DNA of 64,000 nucleotides from Actinomycetota bacterium (GTDB lineage Bacteria > Actinomycetota > Acidimicrobiia > Acidimicrobiales > VFJN01). Under the pieces are notes generated by a model. It did no database searches, was not told the DNA's origin, and was given only the letters and a program-made list of their open reading frames with translations. The DNA lies in NCBI GenBank assembly GCA_009886035.1, contig VFJN01000099.1, positions 19,544-83,543 on the forward strand, given 5' to 3'. A program made the position numbers and the translations under genes. This document shows positions 1 to 10,238 of the stretch, one piece after another. Within the stretch, counting starts at the first letter, position 1, and every line of letters starts with the position of its first letter.

Positions 1-71
1 GTGTCGCCGGGGGCGAAGTGGGGGAGGTCCGTGCGGAGGCTGGACTGGTCAACAAGATCGGTGGGTTGCAT
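1..71 (-). CDS. rplS: 50S ribosomal protein L19, N-terminal fragment (gene continues past window start)
   Basis: Reverse complement of 1..71 reads ATG CAA CCC ACC GAT CTT GTT GAC... = MQPTDLVDQSSLRTDLPHFAPGD, a typical L19 N-terminus. It lies directly downstream of trmD as in most bacteria. It is absent from the ORF track because it runs off the window. Confidence 0.8.
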   Translation of the reverse strand, partial: MQPTDLVDQSSLRTDLPHFAPGD

Positions 72-142
72 GGCAGATCGCTCCGTAGGCGCTGGTCTCA
101 GCGGCGGTTCGGTGGGAAAGATGAGGATAGGCGGCGGGTTGC

Positions 143-862
143 TCAGCGGTCGAACTCGGCCAGCATCTCCTGCTCCTGCGCCGTGATCCCGCCACGCGCC
201 TCGATGAGATCGGGGCGCTCCGCCACGGTGCGGCGCAGGGCCTGCACCCGCCGCCACCGTTCCACTTTGGCGTGGTCGCCCGAACGCAGTACCTCCGGCA
301 CCGACCACCCGCGGAAATCGGCCGGGCGGGTGTAGTGCGGGTACTCGAGCAGACCATCGCTGAAGCTCTCGTCATCGGCTGAGGTGTCATTGCCCATCAC
401 GCCCGGCACCAGGCGACCCACCGCGTCGAGTACCACCATGGCCGCCACCTCACCCCCCGCCACGACGTAGTCGCCGATGGACAGTTCGGCATCCACCAGG
501 TGCTCTCGCACGCGCTCATCAACGCCTTCGTAGCGGCCACACAAGAGGCTGAAGCCATCGAGGGCGGCCAACTGGTGCGCATAGGCCTGATCGAGGCGAC
601 GGCCCGTCGGAGAGAGATACAGCAGGGGACGGGGCGGGTCCACTCGCTCCACCGCCGCAAAAATAGGTTCGGGGATCATGACCATGCCGGCTCCCCCACC
701 AAAGGGACTGTCGTCGACCCGGTGGTGAACGTCGGTGGTCTCCTGCCGCACATCGTGCACCCGAATATCGAGCATTCCCTCCTGGCGAGCCCGCCCCAGC
801 AGGCTCTCGGAGGCGAAGCCGTCCACCAGGCCGGGAAAGATCGTGAAGACGTCGATCCGCAT
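143..862 (-). CDS. trmD: tRNA (guanine37-N1)-methyltransferase
   Basis: 239-aa ORF starting [11 protein letters not shown], with the [13 protein letters not shown] motif. rimM-trmD-rplS synteny. Confidence 0.95.
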   Translation of the reverse strand: MRIDVFTIFPGLVDGFASESLLGRARQEGMLDIRVHDVRQETTDVHHRVDDSPFGGGAGMVMIPEPIFAAVERVDPPRPLLYLSPTGRRLDQAYAHQLAALDGFSLLCGRYEGVDERVREHLVDAELSIGDYVVAGGEVAAMVVLDAVGRLVPGVMGNDTSADDESFSDGLLEYPHYTRPADFRGWSVPEVLRSGDHAKVERWRRVQALRRTVAERPDLIEARGGITAQEQEMLAEFDR

Positions 863-870
863 ACCGGGAC

Positions 871-1335
871 CTACAAGTCGAAGAGGCCCTCGGGCGGATC
901 GATCACGATGCGCCCGGCCTCCTGGTCGATGATGAAGACAACCGGCACGAGCGCCCCGCTGTCGAGTACGAGGAGATCCGAGGCGGGGTTGCCGTGCACT
1001 TCGGTGATGGTGCCCACCGGCGTACCGTCAGCCAGCACGACGAGGCGGCCGATCAGTTCGTGCACCCACAGCACACCGTCGTCGTCGCCCTCCACCGGTT
1101 CGGCCCGCAGGAGCAGACCCCGCCAGGCCTCGGCCCCATCGCGGTCGTAGAACCCGTCGAACTGCACGATCCAACGGTCGTGGTGCCGGGCGGAGGAGAC
1201 CACGGTGAGCGGCCCGCGATCGGTCTGCAGCACCGCCCCGGGGTCGAGGCGTTCGAGGCGATCCGAGGACAGCGCCACGAGGACTTCACCGCGCACGCCA
1301 AACGCCTTGGTGATGCGCCCGACCTCAAGTAACAC
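871..1335 (-). CDS. rimM: 16S rRNA processing protein RimM
   Basis: ORF 871..1401 contains [14 protein letters not shown], typical of RimM. A GTG at 1335 is preceded by GGAGG with 5-nt spacing, so the shorter start is preferred. Located between the KH-protein gene and trmD. Confidence 0.85.
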   Translation of the reverse strand: MLLEVGRITKAFGVRGEVLVALSSDRLERLDPGAVLQTDRGPLTVVSSARHHDRWIVQFDGFYDRDGAEAWRGLLLRAEPVEGDDDGVLWVHELIGRLVVLADGTPVGTITEVHGNPASDLLVLDSGALVPVVFIIDQEAGRIVIDPPEGLFDL

Positions 1336-1453
1336 GAGTACCTCCGAAGAGCCACGATGGCGACGGCGGGCTCGTCCGGCGGCAGCGATCGCGCCGATCA
1401 CCGCTCACGCGCCCCATCGCCCTCTCCCGACGCCGTTGAGCCGGGATGAAAAT

Positions 1454-1786
1454 TCAGTCCTCGAACTCGATGTCGACGTCGACCTCATCGCGCACGGCGG
1501 CGGCTCGCACCACGGTTCGGATGGCGTTGGCCACTCGACCGCGTTTGCCGATCACACGCCCCATGTCTTCCGGACCCACCCGCACCTCGAGGCGCACCTT
1601 GCCGCGCTGTTCGATGGGATCAATACGCACTGCATCAGGATCATCTACCAGCGAGGTGACGAGGACATCGAGCACCGAGGTGGCGGTGGGGGCCGGATCG
1701 TAGGCTTCGTCGTGGCTCGGGGCGGCGGCCTCGGTGGGTACGCGGTTCACATCGTCTTCGGTCAGGTCCTGATCGAGTTCGCTCAT
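1454..1786 (-). CDS. KH-domain RNA-binding protein (YlqC/Rv2908c family)
   Basis: 110 aa with the [19 protein letters not shown]-type GxxG motif. ATGA overlap with the rpsP stop. Conserved rpsP-KH-rimM order. Confidence 0.85.
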   Translation of the reverse strand: MSELDQDLTEDDVNRVPTEAAAPSHDEAYDPAPTATSVLDVLVTSLVDDPDAVRIDPIEQRGKVRLEVRVGPEDMGRVIGKRGRVANAIRTVVRAAAVRDEVDVDIEFED

Positions 1787-2064
1787 GCGTCGGCGGCTTC
1801 CGGCGTCTCCACGACCTCGGCGGCCTGCGCCTCGGCCACTTTCAACAGGCGGGCCACGGTCTCCGTGGGCTGAGCACCCTTGCTGATCCAGTCGTTGGCT
1901 TTCGCCGTGTCGATCTTTACGACCGACGGCTCGTGGCGAGGATCGTATGTACCCAGGATCTCGATGAAGCGGCCATTGCGAGGCGAACGCGAATCGGCCG
2001 CCACCACGCGGTAGGTGGGCTGCTTTTTCTTACCCATACGCATTAGGCGGAGCTTCACGGCCAC
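1783..2064 (-). CDS. rpsP: 30S ribosomal protein S16
   Basis: [42 protein letters not shown] is a canonical S16 N-terminus. Confidence 0.95.
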   Translation of the reverse strand: MAVKLRLMRMGKKKQPTYRVVAADSRSPRNGRFIEILGTYDPRHEPSVVKIDTAKANDWISKGAQPTETVARLLKVAEAQAAEVVETPEAADA

Positions 2065-2134
2065 TGGTGTTCGTCCTTGTCTCGATCGGTCACTCGCCCG
2101 GAGGCGGGCCTTTATGTTGGTCGCTGGAGGGGGG

Positions 2135-3538
2135 TCAGTTCAAACCCGGCAGGCTGAAGGGCGGCTTCGGCCCGCTCGGCGGACCGCTGGGCGCGGTGGT
2201 TATTCGCCCCCGGTTCTTCCCTTTCTTCTTCGCGCTGCGCCCCTTCTTGGTGCCAGAAAAGCCCGGGATGCGCTTCATCATCTTCTGCATCTCCTTGAAC
2301 TGCTTCACCAACACCGCCACCTCACCGGGATCGGATCCAGACCCCCGAGCGATTCGGGCCCGGCGCGAGCCGTCGATCAAGTCCACGTTGGCTCGTTCGG
2401 CCACCGTCATCGATCGGATCATGGCCTCCAGGTGATCCAGTTGCCCATCTTCGATCTTGGCATTCTTCAGTTCCTTGGGCATCCCTGGGATCATCCCCAC
2501 GATGCCCGACAGCGGGCCCATCTTCTTGATCTGCTGCATCTGATCGAGAAAATCGTCGAGCGTGAAGCTGCCGTCCATGAGCCGCTGAGCGGCCTCCTCG
2601 GCCCCCTGCTTCTCGTAGACCTCCTCGGCCTTCTCGATGAGGGTGAGCATGTCGCCCATGCCCAGGATGCGGCCCGCCAGCCGGTCCGGGTGGAAGAGTT
2701 CGAAGTCGGTCAACTTCTCGCCCGTGGACGCAAAGGCGATGGGCTTGCCCACCACCTCCTTCACGCTGAGGGCAGCCCCTCCGCGTGCGTCGCCGTCGAG
2801 TTTGGTGAGGATCACGCCGTCGAGAGCCAGCGTGTCGTTGAAGGTCTCGGCCACCACCACGGCGTCTTGGCCGGTCATGGCATCAATGACCAGGAACGTG
2901 TAGTCCGGACTCGTCACCTCGGAGATCCGCCGCACCTCGTCCATGAGGGCCCCGTCGATGGCCAAGCGGCCGGCGGTATCGACGATGAGCACGTCACGGC
3001 CGAGTCTCTTCGCCTCCGCCAACCCGGCGACCGCTGTTTCCACCGGGTCACCGGTCTGGGAGAAGACCGGCACGTCAATCTGGCGGCCCAGGGTGCGCAA
3101 CTGCTCCACGGCGGCGGGCCGCTGGAGGTCGGCCCCCACCAGGATCGGATTGCGGCCCTGCTGCTTGAACCAGCGGGCGAGTTTCGCCGCGTTGGTGGTT
3201 TTCCCGGCCCCCTGGAGGCCCGCCAGCAACACCACCGTGGGGGGTTTGCTGGCGTAAGAGATCCGAATGACCTCGCCCCCGAGAACGCTGACGAGTTCCT
3301 CGTGGACGATCTTGATGATCTGCTGCGCCGGGTTCAGCGCCTCCGCCACCTCAATCCCAACGGTCTTCTCCCGGATGCGGTCGAGCATCCCCCGCACGAC
3401 CGCGAAATTCACGTCGGCTTCGAGGAGCGCAACGCGTATCTCCCGCAGCACCGCCTCGACGTCTTCCTCGCGTAAGCGCCCCTGGCCCCGGAGGCGCTTG
3501 AAGATCCCTTCGAACCGGTCTGAGAGTGCGTCGAACAT
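2135..3538 (-). CDS. ffh: signal recognition particle protein Ffh
   Basis: 467 aa with SRP54 N/G domain ([26 protein letters not shown]), a Met-rich M domain and a basic C-terminal tail. Confidence 0.95.
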   Translation of the reverse strand: MFDALSDRFEGIFKRLRGQGRLREEDVEAVLREIRVALLEADVNFAVVRGMLDRIREKTVGIEVAEALNPAQQIIKIVHEELVSVLGGEVIRISYASKPPTVVLLAGLQGAGKTTNAAKLARWFKQQGRNPILVGADLQRPAAVEQLRTLGRQIDVPVFSQTGDPVETAVAGLAEAKRLGRDVLIVDTAGRLAIDGALMDEVRRISEVTSPDYTFLVIDAMTGQDAVVVAETFNDTLALDGVILTKLDGDARGGAALSVKEVVGKPIAFASTGEKLTDFELFHPDRLAGRILGMGDMLTLIEKAEEVYEKQGAEEAAQRLMDGSFTLDDFLDQMQQIKKMGPLSGIVGMIPGMPKELKNAKIEDGQLDHLEAMIRSMTVAERANVDLIDGSRRARIARGSGSDPGEVAVLVKQFKEMQKMMKRIPGFSGTKKGRSAKKKGKNRGRITTAPSGPPSGPKPPFSLPGLN

Positions 3539-3564
3539 GCTCGTCGGACCTTATCGGGCGGTGG

Positions 3565-5037
3565 CTACTGGTCCCGAACCGCCCCCGTGGTCCCAGCCGG
3601 ATCGGAGTTATCTCCCCCTCCGACGACGCCGGGGACGATCAAAGTGCACGACTCGACGGGTAGATCGGAGTCGGGGGAATTGTCCGGGAGGGCCACCGGC
3701 GGAACGCACCCAATGGTCACCGGAGGATCAACCGGCGAAGGGGGCGGGACGGAAGGCGGGGGGCGGCTGTCGGGAACCGCCAACGCGCCCTCGGCGATGG
3801 CCGGTACGTCGATCTGCACCCCGTCCTCGCCGGTGAGGCGATAGCCCGGCACCAGATAGCTATCGAGGCTCCCATCGTTGGCCGACAGGACGATCATTTG
3901 TTCGGTGGCACCGGTGAGCACGACCACCGGCGGCGGCAGAACCTCAGGCGGTGTCTCGATGGCGGGGCAGAGATTGGCGCCCTCCGCCGCACACGGAACC
4001 GGGTACCCGCAACCTTCCAATACCTCGGAGCCATCCGGGGCGGCAGAACACGGGGGCGACGGGAAAGGTGGGGCGCCGCCGCCCGCCTCGCCGGGGTCAG
4101 TGGCCATCTCTTGGGTCACCTCGGAATCGGCGAGGGCGTCGATCCCACCCGTCGCAGCGCCACCTGACTCGTTGAGACGGTCGATGGCCGCCCCGGTGCC
4201 GATGGTCGGATACTGGCCGAGAGCCTCCACCTCTCCAAACCATCCGAAGGCGGCGACGATCGTCCCTCCCGATCCCACCGAAACGCTCCCCATCAGGCCC
4301 GAGGGCACACCGTTCAGCCGCGACTCGACGGTCACATACCGGTCTGGGCCTCCATCGATACCGACCGACACGATCGCGTCGGTCGTGTCCATGCCCGCAG
4401 TCGAGAGAACCTCGAGGGCGATCGATCGAGCCTGCGCGGTTGAGGGAAGATCAACCGGCGTCGTCGATGGCGGGATGGTCGCCGTTGCACCCCCATCGCA
4501 GGGGCCATCGGGCCGGCACTCCACGGGACTACTGGGCGACGTCATGGGTTCCACGGTCATTATTTCGGGAATCGACCCGGCGGCGCTGAAAACCCAGTTG
4601 CCAACGCTGAAGACCGACAGAACCCCTTTCTCGCCGGTCACGGTCGAGCTATCGCCCTGCGCGACCGGTTCGCCCGATAGTCCGAGAGCGGCGGCCACCG
4701 CCCGCACCTGGGCCCGGTCGACCGTCGCGGCCCTCACCCGGTAGGCGGGGGCTTCGCCCCCCATTTGGGGCAGGTCCGGACCGGCCACGTACGTGCCAAA
4801 GCGGGCCATGTCACCCTCCATGGCGAGATACGCCGACTGCGGGGTGCCGAAAACGCCGATGGCGATCGGCAGCCGCATCGGCTCTGAGTCGTGGTCAACG
4901 AGCACGAACGCCAGCACACCCGCGACCAACGCCCCGACTGCCCCCACGCCCCACCACGCCCGGCCGCGTCGTCGGGGTGCAACAGGATTGACCCCCGGAG
5001 TGGAATCAGCCTCGTTCGGTGCGTCCTGGTCCCTCAT
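3565..5037 (-). CDS. hypothetical membrane-anchored Pro/Cys-rich extracytoplasmic protein
   Basis: 490-aa ORF with strong GC3 bias. It has one N-terminal TM helix (WWGVGAVGALVAGVLAFVLV), 8 Cys in clusters and Pro-rich linkers. No domain recognised by eye. Confidence 0.6.
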   Translation of the reverse strand: MRDQDAPNEADSTPGVNPVAPRRRGRAWWGVGAVGALVAGVLAFVLVDHDSEPMRLPIAIGVFGTPQSAYLAMEGDMARFGTYVAGPDLPQMGGEAPAYRVRAATVDRAQVRAVAAALGLSGEPVAQGDSSTVTGEKGVLSVFSVGNWVFSAAGSIPEIMTVEPMTSPSSPVECRPDGPCDGGATATIPPSTTPVDLPSTAQARSIALEVLSTAGMDTTDAIVSVGIDGGPDRYVTVESRLNGVPSGLMGSVSVGSGGTIVAAFGWFGEVEALGQYPTIGTGAAIDRLNESGGAATGGIDALADSEVTQEMATDPGEAGGGAPPFPSPPCSAAPDGSEVLEGCGYPVPCAAEGANLCPAIETPPEVLPPPVVVLTGATEQMIVLSANDGSLDSYLVPGYRLTGEDGVQIDVPAIAEGALAVPDSRPPPSVPPPSPVDPPVTIGCVPPVALPDNSPDSDLPVESCTLIVPGVVGGGDNSDPAGTTGAVRDQ

Positions 5038-5076
5038 GGAGTGCCTCCCGGCGTTGGTGCTCAGAGGTACGACGAC

Positions 5077-5529
5077 TCAGCGAAGGCCACTGGTTCCCGA
5101 GAGCCCCACCACCGTGAGGTAGTTCTTCACACTCACCACCCCCTCGACGGCGGCCGCCGCCCGTTCCATTTCCGCCCGAGCGCCTTGGTGGGGCACGTCG
5201 CCGCGCAGGATGGCGCACGAGCCCACCAACTCCACCTCCGGCTGGGGTAGGTGCCAGGTCCGGGGTGATCGTGATAGTTCCTCTCGCACCAGTTCGGCGA
5301 GATCGCCGCCCCCGTTGGTGCGGTTGATCCATCGGTCCCGGATCCGGGTGCGAGCCTCCCGGCCGGCCATCGGGGCGATCATCAAACCCACCCCCACCCC
5401 GGCCGCCACCAGGGCCATCCGGCGGTATCCCACGAGGCGCCCGGCGCGGTAGCCAACCTTCACGCCAACGCGCGTGGTGCCGACACCCACCTTCACGGGC
5501 ATGAACAGGAGGCGCACGAGGGTGAACAT
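5077..5529 (-). CDS. BON domain-containing protein
   Basis: 150 aa. The C-terminal segment VELVGSCAILRGDVPHQGARAEMERAAAAVEGVVSVKNYLTV fits the BON pattern. The N-terminus has a hydrophobic segment. Confidence 0.6.
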   Translation of the reverse strand: MFTLVRLLFMPVKVGVGTTRVGVKVGYRAGRLVGYRRMALVAAGVGVGLMIAPMAGREARTRIRDRWINRTNGGGDLAELVREELSRSPRTWHLPQPEVELVGSCAILRGDVPHQGARAEMERAAAAVEGVVSVKNYLTVVGLSGTSGLR

Positions 5530-5557
5530 CTCCCCAGCGTAGACCGGCGACCTCGGC

Positions 5558-6652
5558 TCAGTCGGCGGCGAAGAGGGCGTCGATGAACTCGTCGGGGTCG
5601 AAGGCCACCAGGTCGTCCGCAGTCTCTCCCAGACCCACCAGTTTGATGGGAATGCCGAGGGTGGACTGGATCGCCAGCGCGATACCGCCCTTGGCCGAGC
5701 CGTCCAGTTTGGTCAGCACCACGCCCGTGAGGGCCACCGCCTCGGTGAACTGCTGGGCCTGCACCAATCCGTTCTGTCCCGTGGTGGCATCAAGGACGAG
5801 CAACACCTCGGTGACCTGGCCAGGATCTCGGTCGGCCACCCGGCGCACCTTGCGCAGCTCCTCCATCAGGTTCACCTTGGTGTGGAGGCGGCCCGCGGTA
5901 TCGGCCAGCACCAGGTCGCTCCCCCGGGCGGCGGCCCGTTGCACGGCGTCAAAGATGATCGAACTGGGGTCACCCCCTTCGGCGCCTCGGACGAGGTCGG
6001 CTCCCGATCGCTCGGCCCACACCTCGAGCTGCTCGGCGGCCGCGGCGCGGAAGGTATCCCCCGCCGCCATGACGATCCGGTGACCGAGATCAGCCTGCTG
6101 TTTGCCCACCTTGCCGATCGTGGTGGTTTTGCCCACGCCGTTGACTCCCACGAAGAGCCACACGTTCGGGCCACCGGGCTCGTGGTGCAGGCCTCGGTCG
6201 CCGCCGGCGAGATCGGCCTTGAGCTGCGCCTTGAGCACCTCCAGCAACTCCGTCGATGCCGTGATGCCCTCCGCGGTCACGCTCTGGCGCAGCCGATCGA
6301 GGATGGTGGTGGTGGCACCGATGCCCACATCCGCTCGGATGAGGGCCTCCTCGAGTTCGTCCCAGGTTTCCTGGTCCACCCTTGGGCGGGCCCGTACCGA
6401 GCCCATGAACCCCGACAGCGTGCCGCGTGCCTTCCCTAAGCGATCGCGCAGCGAGGCCACCGCGGGGGCCGCCGGGGGGGATTGAACCGGGGGGTCGTCG
6501 ACCGGGGGGGCGTCGACCGGGGGGGCGTGGACCCCTCGCGCCCCGGGCGACTCGAGGGTGACGCTGTCGCCCCGGCGATGCACCACCAAGGCAACGCTCC
6601 CCACCGACAAGACGATGACGACGACGATCAGGATGAGCAGCAGAGGTTCCAT
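5558..6652 (-). CDS. ftsY: signal recognition particle receptor FtsY
   Basis: 364 aa with an N-terminal TM helix, a Pro-rich repeat and an SRP GTPase NG domain (GVNGVGKTTT, DTAGR, TKLDGSAKGG). ftsY-smc synteny. Confidence 0.93.
   Translation of the reverse strand: MEPLLLILIVVVIVLSVGSVALVVHRRGDSVTLESPGARGVHAPPVDAPPVDDPPVQSPPAAPAVASLRDRLGKARGTLSGFMGSVRARPRVDQETWDELEEALIRADVGIGATTTILDRLRQSVTAEGITASTELLEVLKAQLKADLAGGDRGLHHEPGGPNVWLFVGVNGVGKTTTIGKVGKQQADLGHRIVMAAGDTFRAAAAEQLEVWAERSGADLVRGAEGGDPSSIIFDAVQRAAARGSDLVLADTAGRLHTKVNLMEELRKVRRVADRDPGQVTEVLLVLDATTGQNGLVQAQQFTEAVALTGVVLTKLDGSAKGGIALAIQSTLGIPIKLVGLGETADDLVAFDPDEFIDALFAAD
6474..6526 (+). repeat. cluster of four G6-G7 runs, including a 15-nt tandem duplication (gtcgaccgggggggc x2), inside the ftsY 5' coding region
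   Basis: G7 at 6474..6480, G6 at 6489..6494, G7 at 6504..6510 and G7 at 6519..6525. The region encodes PPVDAPPVDDPPVQSPP on the minus strand. Confidence 0.85.
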
Positions 6653-6708
6653 GAGGGTTTGCAGCGTAGAGGCCGGGCCGGGTTCACCCCGACGCCGGGG
6701 CCGAGCAC

Positions 6709-9700
6709 TCAGACGACGGTAGACACCCGTTCGCTCACGACCTTGCTCGAGCCACCGGGTTCCATGGTGACGCCGTAGAGCACATCGGCCGCTTCCATGG
6801 TGCGCTTTTGATGGCTCACGATGAGCAACTGCGCCTCCTGACGGAACTCCCGCACGAGGTCGAGGAAGCGATGGAGGTTCACATCGTCGAGCGCGGCCTC
6901 AACTTCGTCCATCACGTAGAACGGCGACGGACGACTCCGGAACACTGCGAACAAGAAGGCCAGCGCCGTAAGAGAGCGCTCGCCTCCGGAGAGCAGCGAA
7001 AGCTTGCGCACGTTCTTGCCCGACGGCTTCGCCTCCACCTCGATGCCTGTTTCCAAGAGGTCGTCGGGGGCGGTGAGCCGAAGGGACCCCGCCCCGCCCG
7101 GAAACAGTGTCTGGAACAACTGCTCGAAGTTCTGCGATACATCGGCGTAGGCCCCGGCAAACACTTCCACGATCTCGGCATCGATGGCCCGAATCACCTT
7201 TCCCAGATCGCGGCGGGACACCTTCACGTCTTCGAGTTGCTCCTGCAGGAACGTATGGCGCTCCTGCAAGGCGTCGTACTCCTCGAGCGCCAACGGATTG
7301 ATCGGACCCATCAGCCGCAACTCGCGCTCGAGTTCCCGGGCCCGGGCCGTGGGGGTAGACCCATCGGGACCTTCGGGGGCCTCGCAGGCCATGGCCACCG
7401 CGGGCTCCACCTCAAGATCGCGCCGGAGCGTGTCCACCGCGGTTTCGAGACGCAACTTCACTTCAGCTTCATCGAGTTCCGCTCGGCGGGACCGTTCCCG
7501 CGTCTGCTCGAGGCGCCGCTCGGCGTCGGAACGCTGATGGCGAAGGTCGTCGAGCCGGGCTGAGGCGGCCCGCTGGGCCTCGCTCTGCCGGCGCCGCTGC
7601 TCCCGCAGATCTCCAAGGGTGGCTTCGATCGTGCCGAGGCGCTCCGGCACCAGTGCCGCCAAACGCTCGACCGCCGTCTGCTTCACATCGAGTTCGACGC
7701 GGCGGATCTCGGCTTCGCGCCGCGCTTCGGTGGTGCCCTCCAACCGGGCCTCCACTTCACCCAGGCGGGTACGGAGAAACTGGCGTCGATCCTCCAACCC
7801 TGCCGCCCGCACCTCGATGTCGGCCCGCTGCGACCCCACCGTGGCCGCCCGCTCGTCCAGATTGCCCTTGGCGTCGGCCATGGCTCGGGCCTGCTCGGCC
7901 CCCTCGGCTTCCTGGGCTTCCAAGATCGGCAGGAGGACGTCGAGTTCGGAGACCCGGGCCTGCTCCCGCCCCACCCGCTCGGCCAGTTCGTCGGCGTGGG
8001 AGCGCAGCGCCTCGGTCTCGGTGGCGGCGTCGCGTCGATCGGCGGCCACCCGCTGCAGTCCATCCGTGGCGGCGGTGAGACGACCGTCGTGCTCATCGAG
8101 TTGGCGGGCCAGGCCCGCTTCGCCGTGACGGGCCTCCTCGAGCCGGGATCGGGCCGCCTGCAGGCTGGCTTCGGCATGGCCCGCCTCCACGGTGGACCGC
8201 TCAGCCCGCTCCCGGGCCTCCACCAGCGCGACGCCGGTAGCCCCGGTGGCGGCGGTGCCCACTCGCCACCCGGTGAGACCGAAGCGTCCACCCTCCATCG
8301 TCACGATCACGGCGTCGGGATGGGCCAAGGCGGCATCCACCGCCGCTGACCAACCGCCCTCCACGGCCACCGCAGCCCCCAAGAGCGCATCGAGCAAGGC
8401 CCCTACGTCGGGACGAGCGGCCCGCACGTGACGCCGCACGGGCTCCCCGACCGACGGAGCCACTCGCGGGGTTCGGTTGGCCCCCAGGGCGAGCACCGCT
8501 CCACCCACGGCCTCGCGGGCGTCCGTCCCGGACTGCAAAGCCAAAATGGCTGCTCGCGCCGCCGCCACGCCATCCACCACCACGGCGGCGAGCGCTTCCC
8601 CGGCGGCGGCTTCCACCGCCGCTTCCCATCCGTCATCCACCTCGATGAGGTCGAGGAGGGTGCCCACCACGCCATCTACCTCCGCCAGCCGTTCTGCCCC
8701 GGCTCGGGCCCGCGCCTGGTCGAGGGCGAGGCCCAGGGCCTCGGCGCGGGCGGTCCAGGCGTGGCGATCGCCGTCGGCCGCCCGCAGGGTGGCCTCGGCC
8801 TCCGCCACCTGCTTCTCGGCCTCGGCCCGCTGTTGTTCGGCCCCCGCCAGTCGTTCCACGAGCGGTCCTTCAGCCAAAGAGGCCATCTCCGCCTCGGACC
8901 GCAGACGATCCGTCTCGGCGGAAAGACGAGAAAGTTTCTCACCGAGGACCACCAGGGAGGCCTCGGCCCGGTGGAGTTCGCCATCGCCGCGCTCCACCCC
9001 GGCGCGCATGGCGGCGAGCTCACCGCGCGCCTCCGCCGCCTGCCCCGCCGGCACCGCCACGATGCCGTGAGCCCAATCCTGTTCGAAGGCAGCCCGAGCG
9101 GCGGCCAGCGCGGCCTGGGCGTGCCCCAGTTCCGCTTGCTGAGGCACCAAGTCCTCGGCCTCGGCATCCGCAGCCGCCAACTCCGAGGTCAGGCGGTTCG
9201 CTTCGGCTTCCAGAGTGGCGATCACCGCTTGGTCCACAAACGCCCCCCGCTCGCGTTCGATGCTCCGACGGCGCTCGGTGAGCAGGGCTACGAGCCCACG
9301 AGCCTTCTCCCGCAGGGCCTCGAAGCGAACAAGATCGTCGCCGAGATCGTCGGCCCCGGTATGACCCAACTCGGCTTCGGCACCGAGCACGGCGGCATCG
9401 AGTTCGGCCAGTGTCCGGCGCAAGAGCCCGTCCTCATTGGCCAGTTCGGCCCGAGCGGCACCACCGTCGGCGAGCCGCCGATTGAGCGTGGTGAGCTCAC
9501 GGCCGGCCAGGAACACGTGCAGCGCCCGTAGTTCGGCGACGAGATCGCCGTGGCGCCGAGCGGCGTCGGCCTGACGCTCCAGGGGGCGCAACTGCCGCCG
9601 AACCTCGCGCAGCAGATCGCCCAAGCGGGTGAGATTCCCCTCGGTGGCGGTGAGGCGGCGCTCGGCTTTTTCCTTGCGCTTGCGGTACTTCAGGATGCCA

Positions 9701-10194
9701 GCGGCTTCCTCGATGATGAGGCGGCGCTCCTCCGGGCGGGCGTTGAGAACGGCGTCGATCTGCCCCTGGCTCACGATCACGTGCTGCTGACGCCCCACGC
9801 CCGTATCGGAGAGTAGATCCTGGATGTCGAGCAGGCGGCAGGGCACATCGTTGATGGCGTACTCGCTGTCGCCGGTGCGGAACAGCGTGCGGGTGATGGT
9901 TACCTCGGTAAAATCGATCGGCAGCATCCCGGCGGAGTTGTCGATGGTCAGGCTCACCTCGGCCCGGCCGAGCGCCGAGCGCTTGGCGGTACCGGCAAAA
10001 ATCACGTCGTCCATCTTCTGCGACCGCACCGCCGAGGGCGCTTGGGCGCCAAGCACCCACCCGATGGCATCCACCACATTGGACTTCCCTGACCCGTTGG
10101 GCCCCACCACCACGGTGACGCCGGGTTCGAGATCGAGGGAGGTCGTGTCGGCGAAGGACTTGAAACCCTTCAGCGTGAGCGTCTTGAGGAACAT
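6709..10194 (-). CDS. smc: chromosome segregation protein SMC
   Basis: 1161 aa with Walker A GPNGSGKSN, long coiled coils, a hinge, the LSGGE signature (LSLLSGGERSL) and Walker B FYVMDEVEAALD. Confidence 0.95.
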   Translation of the reverse strand: MFLKTLTLKGFKSFADTTSLDLEPGVTVVVGPNGSGKSNVVDAIGWVLGAQAPSAVRSQKMDDVIFAGTAKRSALGRAEVSLTIDNSAGMLPIDFTEVTITRTLFRTGDSEYAINDVPCRLLDIQDLLSDTGVGRQQHVIVSQGQIDAVLNARPEERRLIIEEAAGILKYRKRKEKAERRLTATEGNLTRLGDLLREVRRQLRPLERQADAARRHGDLVAELRALHVFLAGRELTTLNRRLADGGAARAELANEDGLLRRTLAELDAAVLGAEAELGHTGADDLGDDLVRFEALREKARGLVALLTERRRSIERERGAFVDQAVIATLEAEANRLTSELAAADAEAEDLVPQQAELGHAQAALAAARAAFEQDWAHGIVAVPAGQAAEARGELAAMRAGVERGDGELHRAEASLVVLGEKLSRLSAETDRLRSEAEMASLAEGPLVERLAGAEQQRAEAEKQVAEAEATLRAADGDRHAWTARAEALGLALDQARARAGAERLAEVDGVVGTLLDLIEVDDGWEAAVEAAAGEALAAVVVDGVAAARAAILALQSGTDAREAVGGAVLALGANRTPRVAPSVGEPVRRHVRAARPDVGALLDALLGAAVAVEGGWSAAVDAALAHPDAVIVTMEGGRFGLTGWRVGTAATGATGVALVEARERAERSTVEAGHAEASLQAARSRLEEARHGEAGLARQLDEHDGRLTAATDGLQRVAADRRDAATETEALRSHADELAERVGREQARVSELDVLLPILEAQEAEGAEQARAMADAKGNLDERAATVGSQRADIEVRAAGLEDRRQFLRTRLGEVEARLEGTTEARREAEIRRVELDVKQTAVERLAALVPERLGTIEATLGDLREQRRRQSEAQRAASARLDDLRHQRSDAERRLEQTRERSRRAELDEAEVKLRLETAVDTLRRDLEVEPAVAMACEAPEGPDGSTPTARARELERELRLMGPINPLALEEYDALQERHTFLQEQLEDVKVSRRDLGKVIRAIDAEIVEVFAGAYADVSQNFEQLFQTLFPGGAGSLRLTAPDDLLETGIEVEAKPSGKNVRKLSLLSGGERSLTALAFLFAVFRSRPSPFYVMDEVEAALDDVNLHRFLDLVREFRQEAQLLIVSHQKRTMEAADVLYGVTMEPGGSSKVVSERVSTVV

Positions 10195-10238
10195 TCGATG
10201 GCCGACGTTAGTAGTCGCAGCGAGGCCCGCGGCGCACC

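Noticed and set aside
2085-2105. Small hairpin gcccg-gagg-cgggc between ffh and rpsP, as a terminator or attenuator.
   Set aside because: It has only a 5-bp stem and no U-tract, and sits in a 70-nt gap where co-transcription is common. This is too weak to call.
2015-3475. Very long ORFs antisense to or overlapping real genes. Examples: 2015..3475 (+) opposite ffh, 8428..9531 (+) opposite smc, 43375..44406 (+) opposite kgd, 21773..22903 (-), 28231..29412 (+), 16405..17205 (-).
   Set aside because: Typical high-GC artefacts. They are Arg/Gly/Pro/His-rich low-complexity translations with no motifs. Each is fully covered by a well-supported gene in another frame that has clear family signatures and the expected GC3 bias.
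6709-10194. The SMC protein as part of an SMC-based defence system (Wadjet/Lamassu-like).
   Set aside because: Its canonical size, full hinge and coiled coils, and the universally conserved ftsY-smc-rnc housekeeping synteny argue against it. No JetA/B/D- or LmuA/B-like partners are present.
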